IMG/VR virus record: IMGVR_UViG_3300005144_000020
Location: 1 to 27,681 of that record
Source of the DNA: a virus
Lineage: Duplodnaviria > Caudoviricetes
Length of the DNA: 27,681 nt
Reading direction: 5' to 3' (one strand)
A program made the position numbers and the translations under genes. The notes below the pieces were generated by a model. The model ran no database searches and was not told the origin of the DNA. It worked only from the letters and a program-made list of their open reading frames with translations. Shown in pieces: positions 16,219 through 24,929 of this stretch; position 1 is the stretch's first letter; every line of letters begins with the position of its first letter.

Positions 16219-17612
16219 TGAGCGATTCTTTACTGATTGCCGGGATTGAGCGAATAGCGGACCTGACGCCAAAGAGCCTTAAGGTCTCCAGGGTGCTTAC
16301 ATCGGAGATCAATACATGTTCATATACAGTGTGCGGCGATAAGCCGTCAGAGTATCAGACGGTCGAGGCATACAACGGGTCAGAACTGGTCTTTGCCGGG
16401 ACGGTTTCAAAGGTCAAAGAGGCCGGCCGGGCCGCGGATATGTATTATTGGCAAGTGAGTTGCGATGACTTCACCAGGCAGCTCGACAAGCTCCTTGTCA
16501 TTGAAAAATATACATCTAAAACGCCCTACTATATCATCAAGGACATCATCGACAAATACTGCCCGGGATTCACCTATTCCGGAGTCCTTACGGGAGCTCC
16601 GGCCATAGAAGCCATCACCTTCAACGAGAAATACCCCAGTGCATGCTTCAAGGAACTCTCGGAATATGTCGGATGGGAATGGGACGTTGACTACCAAAAG
16701 GACGTCAAATGGTTCAGCGGCTTCTCTGAGCTGGCGCCGGAAATCATCGATTCATCGGCAACCTTCACGAATTTCACCCACACGATTGATACGAAGACGC
16801 TGAAAAACTCTGTCCGGGTGCGGGGCGGCACGATGCTGTCCGATGAACAGATCCTCTACTGGAAAGCTGATGGAGCGGCGAGACAATGGGTGCTGCCCTG
16901 GTCACCTTCGGAAAACATGCTTTATGTCGGAGGCGCGGGGGTCTCGATCGGCATCGAGAATGTCACAGACGAGGCCACGGTCGATTATCTCCTGAACTAC
17001 ACAGAGAAATACATACGGGCATCCTTCGGCACAACCACGCCGGCGGCCGGGGTGTTGTTCGAGCTGCATGCAAAACAGCCCATCGACGTCATTACAGTCG
17101 TTGATGACACGGATTCCCAGCTTGCGGTCGCTGCGCTTGAAGGCGGCGACGGCATCTATGAGTTGTCCGTCGTTGAGACGGACCTGTTGACCATCGAATC
17201 GGCCGAAGCAAGGGGCAACGCCGAACTGAGAGAGCGGGCAAATCCGGCGACGGCGGTTTCTTTCGTCAGTGAAACGCCGGGATGGGAACCTGGGCAGCTC
17301 GTAACGGTCAGCCTGCCGGCAAGGGGCATTGATAACATCTATCTGATCCAGAAGGTTTCCATAACACGGGAGAATGGGGCGTTCAAATACCAGGTGGAAG
17401 CCGGAAGCAAGCTCAAGGGCATAGCCGAGTTTCTGGCGACCTTGGCATCTTCGAAAAACAAGGAGCAGACAGCTGACACTTCTCTGCTGCATAAATTCAA
17501 ATACGGATCCGAAACAGCAACATCTGCCGATGAAGCAGAGAACACATTGAGAAACCCGCCGTATTATTGCGGCAACGCCGACGCCATCTGCGGATTCGTG
17601 GTATGTAAATAA
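16218..17612 (+). CDS. Tail tip / baseplate hub protein
   Basis: Follows the tape measure gene; FAGTV...SCDDFTRQLD, NSVRVRGG and GWEPGQLVTV...YLIQKV resemble hub/Tal proteins. Confidence 0.65.
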   Translation: MSDSLLIAGIERIADLTPKSLKVSRVLTSEINTCSYTVCGDKPSEYQTVEAYNGSELVFAGTVSKVKEAGRAADMYYWQVSCDDFTRQLDKLLVIEKYTSKTPYYIIKDIIDKYCPGFTYSGVLTGAPAIEAITFNEKYPSACFKELSEYVGWEWDVDYQKDVKWFSGFSELAPEIIDSSATFTNFTHTIDTKTLKNSVRVRGGTMLSDEQILYWKADGAARQWVLPWSPSENMLYVGGAGVSIGIENVTDEATVDYLLNYTEKYIRASFGTTTPAAGVLFELHAKQPIDVITVVDDTDSQLAVAALEGGDGIYELSVVETDLLTIESAEARGNAELRERANPATAVSFVSETPGWEPGQLVTVSLPARGIDNIYLIQKVSITRENGAFKYQVEAGSKLKGIAEFLATLASSKNKEQTADTSLLHKFKYGSETATSADEAENTLRNPPYYCGNADAICGFVVCK

Positions 17613-17621
17613 AGCTGGGAG

Positions 17622-18098
17622 GTGATCAATCTGAATGAGGAAATCGAAATGATTGCCGAGTGGCGATTGGAATTCGAGGATAAAAAGACAGGGCGTAAAT
17701 GGACTCAAGGCCCATACAAAAACAAAATCGTCCAGGGCGGCCTTGAAAACCTCGCCTCACTGCTGATTGGCGAGAATCCTTCCGGAACGGCGGCAATGCA
17801 CTGCGTATGGGGAAGCAACGATGCGGTGGCTCAATTAACCGACTCCATAGCCACCATGACGGAAGTCGGGCGAAAAGCCATCACAACCAAGTCGAGAACC
17901 GGAGCTCTGGCGAGACTAAGGACCTATCTCATCGCGAGCGAAGGCAACGGCGATCATGAATGCGTTGGCATCGTGGCGAGGTCAACCGATTCAGTTGGAT
18001 CGGGGACGCTGCTGAATCGGCTGGTTCAGCCATTTTCCAAAACAAGCGATATGGTCCTGACCATTGAAGTCCGATGGACATTTACGGGGGTGAGTTGA
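17622..18098 (+). CDS. Minor tail / baseplate protein (start uncertain)
   Basis: KNKIVQGG...EVGRKAIT...EGNG...FSKTSDMVLTIEVRWT; position in the tail tip module. Confidence 0.55.
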   Translation: MINLNEEIEMIAEWRLEFEDKKTGRKWTQGPYKNKIVQGGLENLASLLIGENPSGTAAMHCVWGSNDAVAQLTDSIATMTEVGRKAITTKSRTGALARLRTYLIASEGNGDHECVGIVARSTDSVGSGTLLNRLVQPFSKTSDMVLTIEVRWTFTGVS

Positions 18099-18829
18099 TG
18101 AATGCCTTTAAGGATGGGTTGACCGAATTGTCGGCGGATATCATGAATGCGCTGATATCTACGCAGCCATTCAAGATGCTATATACCGGATCGTCGGTGG
18201 ACAGCAAAACAGGCAGCGGAACCACAGAAAACAACGTATCGGTTAACAACTACGCGATTCGGTTCACAGCGACAGGCGTAACGAGCGTCACAAGGGCAGA
18301 GCTAAAAATCGCTGCCGATGGCCTTGGACAAGATATGACGATCGAGATTAGGGGAAGCGACTTCGACCCAAGCGGAACGGAAGGAACACTTCTAAAAACC
18401 ATCGTCATTCCCAAGGAATTTCTGCCGGCCGATGCCGGAACAGTCTATATCCCATTGAGTCTCACAGGGTTGACCTCAGGGAACAATTATTGGCTGATCG
18501 TCAAAAAAGTCGGGGATTCAACGGACCATTTCCACCTCATCGGCGAATCAAGCCAGGATGCCGCCCATCCGTGTTATTACCGGGCTGGAACAAGCGGAGC
18601 ATGGACGGCAAACAATGCGCTGCACTTTACGGTTTATTCCGGGATTTTCGGCGATGCGATTCATTGCCTTTACGGTACAAACGGAGCGGCGACTTACTTG
18701 TACAACGGACAAGTTATTTCCAAGGTCTTCAGATACCTGCCGCCAGAGGACGGAGCAAGCGGCGGGATTCGTAATATCCTTACGCTGGCATTCAGCGGCG
18801 AATACATTGACGAGGGGGCGGCTAGTTGA
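18098..18829 (+). CDS. Tail-associated beta-rich protein, possible receptor-binding
   Basis: TGATG coupling at 18098; G/S/T-rich beta-strand sequence (LTSGNNYWLIV). Confidence 0.55.
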   Translation: MNAFKDGLTELSADIMNALISTQPFKMLYTGSSVDSKTGSGTTENNVSVNNYAIRFTATGVTSVTRAELKIAADGLGQDMTIEIRGSDFDPSGTEGTLLKTIVIPKEFLPADAGTVYIPLSLTGLTSGNNYWLIVKKVGDSTDHFHLIGESSQDAAHPCYYRAGTSGAWTANNALHFTVYSGIFGDAIHCLYGTNGAATYLYNGQVISKVFRYLPPEDGASGGIRNILTLAFSGEYIDEGAAS

Positions 18830-19197
18830 TGCTTGACTTATTCGGTGCTGTATTAGCATTCATCCAACGACAGGTGGGGCTTAGGACGGACACATCCAGT
18901 TCAACCGGAAGCCTACATGCAAAGATCGGCAGTCTATCCGACGCGTTGACGACAAAATCGGCCATAAAGAGCATACAGCGAGGGACAGCTGCATTCCCGA
19001 CGGCGTCAACGGCAACTGTAACGATCTCTGCAGTAACAACCAGTAAGTCTTTTTTATTGGTTAACAACTTTGGGGTGTTCGACGGCAGCCCAGATGCACG
19101 CGTTTATTGCGTGTTGACTAACAGCACGACGCTGACATTCACCTGCTCGGAGGTTAGTTGGAACACGTTTGACTGGCAGGTTATTGAATTTGTTTGA
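18829..19197 (+). CDS. Small tail fibre-like protein
   Basis: TGATG coupling; IKSIQRG...ATVTISAV...LTNSTTLTF...WQVIEF motifs common in phage fibre C-termini. Confidence 0.55.
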   Translation: MLDLFGAVLAFIQRQVGLRTDTSSSTGSLHAKIGSLSDALTTKSAIKSIQRGTAAFPTASTATVTISAVTTSKSFLLVNNFGVFDGSPDARVYCVLTNSTTLTFTCSEVSWNTFDWQVIEFV

Positions 19198-19206
19198 GGA
19201 GGTTAT

Positions 19207-19437
19207 ATGAGGTACGCGCAGATTGATGATAATAACAAATGCTTCGCTGTATCCGATTTAAGCGGTAAAGTTGATGCAGCAAACATGATTCCCATTGATG
19301 TGTTGGATTCTGATTTACTTGGACGATCTTATGACGCCAAAACACAGACCTGGGGAGGAAAACCGAAGGTTAGCTTAGACCCAACGCAAGAGGACAAGAT
19401 CAATTACCTTTACTACAAAAGCTTGGGGGTGATTTGA
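19207..19437 (+). CDS. Small phage protein (possible fibre chaperone)
   Basis: GAGGAGG RBS; MRYAQID..N.C..VS.L...DLLGRSY. Confidence 0.6.
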   Translation: MRYAQIDDNNKCFAVSDLSGKVDAANMIPIDVLDSDLLGRSYDAKTQTWGGKPKVSLDPTQEDKINYLYYKSLGVI

Positions 19438-19536
19438 TTGGTTGAGGATTTGATACGTCTAATCAATCTTGGACTTATCTGTATTGACGACATCATACTT
19501 CCAGAGGTCAAAGCTGAAGTTCAAGCGAGATTGTAG
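19438..19536 (+). CDS. 32-aa CD1375/XkdX-like small protein (below the ORF-track cutoff)
   Basis: TTG start after GGGGTG; MVEDLIRLINLGLICIDDIILPEVKAEVQARL; typical position at the end of the tail module. Confidence 0.6.
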   Translation: MVEDLIRLINLGLICIDDIILPEVKAEVQARL

Positions 19537-19548
19537 ATCGTGAGAGAG

Positions 19549-19730
19549 TGGGGCAAAATCGAATGGTGGCCTATGCAGATAAAGTACTGGGGAAACAGCA
19601 CCTAGTGCGAGAAAGATGTTTCACAGATGATTGTCAACGGAAGGATGTTGGTTCCTATCCACTATTTTTTCTGAGTCTTGAGCGCATCTGTTGACTATCC
19701 GGCTGGAAAAATCACCATTATTCGGGGAAA
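19549..19730 (+). pseudogene. Relic of a copper amine oxidase N-terminal-like (stalk) domain
   Basis: GKIEWW...T*CEKDVSQMIVNGRMLVPIHYFF*VLSASVDY resembles the DV.P.I.NGRT.VP.R...E.LGA.V.W consensus; stops at 19603 and 19672. Confidence 0.6.
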
Positions 19731-19866
19731 ACATGATTGCAAAACAGTCCGCTCAAAAGGGCTTCCTGGAAGGGCTCAGGATAGCCTGAAATTGAGGGCT
19801 TAGAGTGTTTATTCCTGTTCTTTTTGGATATTTTGAACCAGTAATTGATATTGCAGGGGTGAGCTC

Positions 19867-20142
19867 ATGGGAGAAGAAAAAAACGGACAATGGTATACGA
19901 ACAAGGAGCTCTTTGAGATGCTCCAAGGGCTGAAGACGGATCTGCAGGAAACACGGACACTTATCAAACAGTACAACGGCCTCCGGCAGAGAGTAGACAG
20001 CTGCGAGGAGGTCCTTACTGACCTGGTAAGCCAGGCAAAAGGGAGAGCTTCCGTCAGTAATGCGATCCGTGTCTGGGGTGGTTGGGCGGTTGCAGTGGTT
20101 TCACTGCTGATCACATTGGTCAATGCAGTTGGAATAAATTAA
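19867..20142 (+). CDS. Lysis-module membrane protein (coiled coil plus C-terminal TM helix, XhlA-like)
   Basis: Coiled-coil N-terminus; C-terminal hydrophobic WGGWAVAVVSLLITLV; upstream of the holin. Confidence 0.65.
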   Translation: MGEEKNGQWYTNKELFEMLQGLKTDLQETRTLIKQYNGLRQRVDSCEEVLTDLVSQAKGRASVSNAIRVWGGWAVAVVSLLITLVNAVGIN

Positions 20143-20160
20143 ACGAGGAGGAAAGAAAAA

Positions 20161-20460
20161 ATGGATATTGATACTTTTATGAACTACATCAAACCGGAAC
20201 TGCTGATCCTGATAGCAGTGCTCTATTTCATTGGCATCGGACTGAAGAAGAGCAGCGCTGTGAAGGACAGCGAAATTCCTCTAGTCCTTGGCTTTGGCGG
20301 CATCATTCTGGCCGTCTTGTGGGTGCTCGGGACATCACAGGTGCAGACATACCAGGAAGGCTTGGTTGCAGCCTTTACAGCCATCACACAGGGCATCCTA
20401 TGTGCAGGCTGCAGCGTGTATGCGAATCAACTTGTAAAGCAGGCGATCAAAGATGACTGA
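20161..20460 (+). CDS. Holin
   Basis: Three hydrophobic segments; PELLILIAVLYFIG..LK...IPLVL...AITQGIL....VYANQLVKQ. Confidence 0.88.
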   Translation: MDIDTFMNYIKPELLILIAVLYFIGIGLKKSSAVKDSEIPLVLGFGGIILAVLWVLGTSQVQTYQEGLVAAFTAITQGILCAGCSVYANQLVKQAIKDD

Positions 20461-21046
20461 TTTACTGCCAATGAAGGAATGTGTGATGACCCAGGAGTAC
20501 GGCCGGAAGAACTCCGCCTACAAGAAGGGCTATCACACAGGGGTGGACTACGCCGCCCAGGGAGACGACAAGAGCGTCTACGCTGTGGCCACCGGCACCG
20601 TGATTCGCGCTCGGTTTGCTGCGGGATCCAAAGGCGCCGATCCCAAGGGTTGGGGCAATTATGTGATACTTCGGACCGCTGATGGGCATGACCTGATCCA
20701 TGCTCACCTGGCCGTAGTGGCTGTCACACAGGGCATGACGATTGCTCCAGGTGAGAGGCTGGGGATACAAGGCAGCACCGGCAACAGCTCCGGCCCGCAC
20801 CTTCACTTTGAGGTGCGGAAGGCGCCTTGGACAGACTGCAGCGATGTGGATCCGGTAGCATGGCTGCGGAAGCTGGAGCAGGATCCGGCAGTCACAATTC
20901 GGATGTTAGATGCTGCCGGGAAGGTCAAGAAGACGCTTGAAGGCGTCAAGCTGTCCGGAATCACATATGGGCCAACTAGAGCCCTCATGGAGACCTACGG
21001 TCACATCGTGAAGTGGGACGGGTACAAGGTGGATATAATTGAATAG
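20453..21046 (+). CDS. M23 peptidase endolysin with C-terminal stalk-like domain
   Basis: HTGVD, AHL, GSTGNSSGPHLHFEVR; C-terminal TYGPTRALMETYGHIVKWDG. Confidence 0.92.
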   Translation: MTDLLPMKECVMTQEYGRKNSAYKKGYHTGVDYAAQGDDKSVYAVATGTVIRARFAAGSKGADPKGWGNYVILRTADGHDLIHAHLAVVAVTQGMTIAPGERLGIQGSTGNSSGPHLHFEVRKAPWTDCSDVDPVAWLRKLEQDPAVTIRMLDAAGKVKKTLEGVKLSGITYGPTRALMETYGHIVKWDGYKVDIIE

Positions 21047-21054
21047 ATATGACG

Positions 21055-21092
21055 AAGCCGCTCGGTGGGAATAATCCTGCCGGGCGGCTTTT
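21055..21092 (+). terminator. Late operon terminator
   Basis: aagccgctcggtggga-ataa-tcctgccgggcggctt, followed by tt. Confidence 0.8.
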
Positions 21093-21625
21093 CAGCGTTC
21101 TGAGTGCCCATTATGACACTTTGGTAAAAAAGGAATGCGAAGAACAAGACAATATATAGAGCTAAGATTGGCAAGGGCGCCACAATTAAAATTGTATGCA
21201 AGGTGTGTGGAAAAGCCAGTTTACTCGAACTGCACATATACCATAAACAAGAAATATAAAAGGAACATTTTAAGATTTCTATGTGATGATAAATTTGAGT
21301 GCTGCGGCATAGTACATGATCATACTTCTGTAAGGAAACAACTTGAAGAAGCCTACGGTAAGTCTATCCTAGAATGATATACATAATATTTTGATATATA
21401 GATAAACCGCTCCGAAAAGGGAGTTTAACATAGTGATTTACGAAAACAAGTAAATTATTGACATACTCGCTTAAAGCGAAGACTCGAAAGCAAAGACTGC
21501 ACCGAAGGATGGAACATTTAGTGCAGTCTTTGCTCTATGAACAATTCACACAGTCATGCGAAAACATATTGTAGTATGCGAATGATAACGTTACAATAAA
21601 AGTTATTAAATGTATGGAAAGTGTC

Positions 21626-21841
21626 ATGACTGTTTCATATGATAAATTGTGGAAGTTGCTTGTTGATAAGAAAAGGAGTAAAGCAGATTTACAAAATGCT
21701 TCTGAAGTATCGCCAAATACCATGGCCAAGTTGCGCCGAAGAGAGCCTGTTAAGTTAATAATATTGGATAAGTTATGCCATAATCATGATTGCAATTATG
21801 GTGGAATTATCGACTATATACCAGACAAAATTGATAAATAA
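21626..21841 (+). CDS. Xre/Cro-C1 (HTH_26-like) regulator, possible R-M controller
   Basis: VSYDKLWKLLVDKK.SKADL...VSPNTMAKL...V....LDKLC...DC..GIIDY; directly upstream of the R-M genes. Confidence 0.88.
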   Translation: MTVSYDKLWKLLVDKKRSKADLQNASEVSPNTMAKLRRREPVKLIILDKLCHNHDCNYGGIIDYIPDKIDK

Positions 21842-21863
21842 TTATGAGGGCAGGTATTTATGC

Positions 21864-24800
21864 ATGTGTGTTGACAAAGCTGAAATTAAACAAAAACTAT
21901 CAGAACTCATTAATAGATATAACAACTCCCAGCGTTTGGAAAACCATGCAAATATTAGTGAGGAAACTATTCGTACATGGTTAAATGAATTTCTTGGGAT
22001 ATTTGGGTGGGATGTCCAAAACACAAACCAAATTCTTCAAGAACGTTTTTTACGTGGAAGGCAGCGCCAAAGGCTGCAAGAAATTCAATCTCCCCATAGA
22101 AAACCCGATTATATTCTACTGAATGGATCAATTATTAAAAGCTTTGTAGATGCAAAATCACTAGATGTTAATATTTTTGCAGATGCTGAAGCTGCATATC
22201 AAATTCGATCTTATGGATGGTCCGCACAGGCTCCATGTGCGTTTGTTTCAAATTTTGAACAATTTGTTATTTATGATACTCGTTTTATTCCGCAACCAGA
22301 CCAACCTGCGAACATGGGAACTAAACAATTTTTTATAGATGATTATATTGATAATTTTGATATGATTTTTGAACATCTTTGGCGTGATAAAATTTGTTCT
22401 AATCATTTAGAAGAATTGTATGCTGTTACCGTTGTTGAAGGTAGGAACAAAGTAGATAGCCAGTTTATGGATATTCTTTCCGCTTTTAGGAAAAGACTTG
22501 CAGATAATTTGTATTCCAATAATTCTGCCATGATAAAAACTAATGTTGCATTAAATTACTATACGCAGGTCATTCTCGATAGAATTGTATTTATTCGTGT
22601 TTGTGAATCAAAAGGCATTGAGGGACAGGAAAAGCTGAAGCATTTTGCTCAGTCACCAGAAGGTTTTTGGGATGCATTTAAGAATAGTTGCTATATGGAG
22701 TTTTATAACCATTATGATGGTGCAATGTTTGCTCGTGACGAGAGTTTTCAACAACTTCAGCTAAACAATGAAAACTTAATGGAATTTATTAATAAGTTAT
22801 ATTATCCGTTCCCTTATCGTTTTGATGTTATCCCAGTTAAAGTTATTGCAAATATTTATGAAGAGTTCTTGGGTAAACAATTGATAGTTGAAAATGGTAT
22901 TGTTCGAGAAATAACCAAAGAGGAATACATACGCTCAAATGGTGCAGTTGCTACACCCGAACATATCGTAGACATGATTTGCAAGCAAACCTTAGATTTA
23001 AGTGATGTTAATAATATTGATGAGCTTCTTAAAATAAAGATTTTGGATCCTTGTTGCGGTTCTGGAGTATTTATAGTATCTTGCTTTGAGCATTTAGCAT
23101 CTAAAATGCTTCATATTTTCTCTGAAATAGCAGAAGAACGAAATGCTTATGCGGATTATTATTGTGTAAAAGATGGTCAATATTTGCTGACCATTATTGG
23201 ACGCAGAGCAATAGTAACGAACTGCATTTATGCGGTTGACTGCGATGAAGCAGCCATTGAAGTTACAAAAATGTCACTTGCTCTTAAGATAGTAGATGGT
23301 AACAACCCACTTGCCTGGGAAGGCATCGGAGCATTTGGGGATAGAGTATTGCGTGAGATTGCAGATAATATAAAATTAGGTAACGCACTTGTAGATGTAG
23401 ACAGGCGATTTACTCCTGATCAAGTATACAATATTAAACCTTTTAGTTTAAATTCGGCTTTTGCTGAAGTATTTACAAATTATGGAGGGTTTTCTTATGT
23501 AATCGGAAATCCACCATATGTAGAAACCAAATATTATAAAGCAGCACAACCGGTAATGCATGCTTATCTGAGTGAAAAATATAATTCATTTGAGGGCAAG
23601 GCTGATTTAGCAGTGCTTTTTATCGAACGATGCCTTCGTCTTTTAAATGCAAATGGTAAGCTTGGCTTTATTATTCAACGAAGATGGTTTAGAACCGAAT
23701 ATGGAAGGACTGCACGTCTATTAATTAATAGCGGTAAGCATTTAAAAAAACTCATCGATTTCAAAGCAACCGATATTTTCAAAGGCAGAATAGTATATGC
23801 TTCTATTATGATTTTAAGTAATAGACCATGTGAGAATGTACAATATTACTACATGTCTTCTGAAGCGCCTGAAATTAAGACTAAATTTGAGAATAGTAAC
23901 TCAAATGGCAATTTTGAAGGATGTGTCTTTTTAAATATTCCAGGCCAAGAAGGAACAACTACATGGGCATTTGATAGTTTTGCTATTACGCAAATAAAAT
24001 CAAGGTTAGCTGAGCAGTTTGGTATACTTTCTGGTTACCCACATTTAGCAATAAAGGATGGCATTCAGGCTCTTTGGAAGAAGATATATCATCTTTCCGA
24101 TGTGCACTTTGAAAATGGTGTAGCTATTGGTCAAAATGGCTTTAGAGAAACTGTCAGAGTGGAAACGGGTATTCTAAGGGGAGTTATTTACAATAGGGTT
24201 TTCTATCCATTTAAGAATGTTGAACCTGATGCATACTGCATCTTCCCCTATGAAGGAGCAACAGCCAATGCAATTTCGTTTTCGAAGTTGCAATACAGGT
24301 ATCCTCTAGCTTATAAGTATCTTTCACAAAATGAAGGTAGGATAAAAGGCTTTGTTGAATGTAGAGCAGGAGACTTATGGCATACCTTCACAAGAGAACA
24401 TAATCAGACTATGTACTATGTGGATAAAATTATTATCCCAATGACTGCAAGGGACACGATTGCTACCTTTGTTCCTAACAAGGGCTTATATATGGATAAT
24501 GCAAATGTGTGGTTTATATCTGTTACAGGGGCAAGCCATAATGTGATGAAGGCAATTACTTGTATTTTTAACTCAACTGTTTTCTCCGTACTTGGCAAAG
24601 CAGGAGCAAATCCGCAAAGTGGAGGATATTATAAATTCAATAAGCAGTTCCTTGCGCCTATCCCCTTTCCATCCGCCAAAATAAAAAACAGCTCAAATAT
24701 TGTTAACCGACTTGCATCACTCCATGATGAAATTGTGGATTTGCAAAGTAGATATATTACAGCAATACCTGCAATTAAAGATGTTATATCACATACACTG

Positions 24801-24929
24801 ACTTCTAAATGGGATGAACTTGATAATATCAGTTATGAATTATATGAAATTACTGATGATGAGAAAGCGCTAATCATTAGTGAAGGTCGGACGATCAACA
24901 GAATAGAACTTTTAAATGGAGTGAATTAA
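21864..24929 (+). CDS. Type IIG (Eco57I-like) fused restriction endonuclease / N6-adenine methyltransferase
   Basis: N-terminal EETIR...LGIFGWD...KPDY...FVDAK nuclease motif; ILDPCCGSG (SAM binding); VIGNPPY; TRD-like C-terminus. ATG 21864 follows GAGGGCAGGT. Confidence 0.85.
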   Translation: MCVDKAEIKQKLSELINRYNNSQRLENHANISEETIRTWLNEFLGIFGWDVQNTNQILQERFLRGRQRQRLQEIQSPHRKPDYILLNGSIIKSFVDAKSLDVNIFADAEAAYQIRSYGWSAQAPCAFVSNFEQFVIYDTRFIPQPDQPANMGTKQFFIDDYIDNFDMIFEHLWRDKICSNHLEELYAVTVVEGRNKVDSQFMDILSAFRKRLADNLYSNNSAMIKTNVALNYYTQVILDRIVFIRVCESKGIEGQEKLKHFAQSPEGFWDAFKNSCYMEFYNHYDGAMFARDESFQQLQLNNENLMEFINKLYYPFPYRFDVIPVKVIANIYEEFLGKQLIVENGIVREITKEEYIRSNGAVATPEHIVDMICKQTLDLSDVNNIDELLKIKILDPCCGSGVFIVSCFEHLASKMLHIFSEIAEERNAYADYYCVKDGQYLLTIIGRRAIVTNCIYAVDCDEAAIEVTKMSLALKIVDGNNPLAWEGIGAFGDRVLREIADNIKLGNALVDVDRRFTPDQVYNIKPFSLNSAFAEVFTNYGGFSYVIGNPPYVETKYYKAAQPVMHAYLSEKYNSFEGKADLAVLFIERCLRLLNANGKLGFIIQRRWFRTEYGRTARLLINSGKHLKKLIDFKATDIFKGRIVYASIMILSNRPCENVQYYYMSSEAPEIKTKFENSNSNGNFEGCVFLNIPGQEGTTTWAFDSFAITQIKSRLAEQFGILSGYPHLAIKDGIQALWKKIYHLSDVHFENGVAIGQNGFRETVRVETGILRGVIYNRVFYPFKNVEPDAYCIFPYEGATANAISFSKLQYRYPLAYKYLSQNEGRIKGFVECRAGDLWHTFTREHNQTMYYVDKIIIPMTARDTIATFVPNKGLYMDNANVWFISVTGASHNVMKAITCIFNSTVFSVLGKAGANPQSGGYYKFNKQFLAPIPFPSAKIKNSSNIVNRLASLHDEIVDLQSRYITAIPAIKDVISHTLTSKWDELDNISYELYEITDDEKALIISEGRTINRIELLNGVN

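Noticed and set aside
18098-19803. Diversity-generating retroelement or invertible tail-fibre cassette
   Set aside because: No reverse transcriptase, invertase, TR/VR pair or flanking inverted repeats seen in the window.
6599-21046. Wholesale TAG recoding (genetic code 15) of late genes
   Set aside because: Only one in-frame TAG interrupts a core gene in ~14 kb; all other late genes are full length in code 11.
21135-21377. 80-aa ORF after the endolysin terminator
   Set aside because: No recognisable family or well-spaced RBS. A CKVC motif in another frame hints at a decayed gene, but this cannot be supported.
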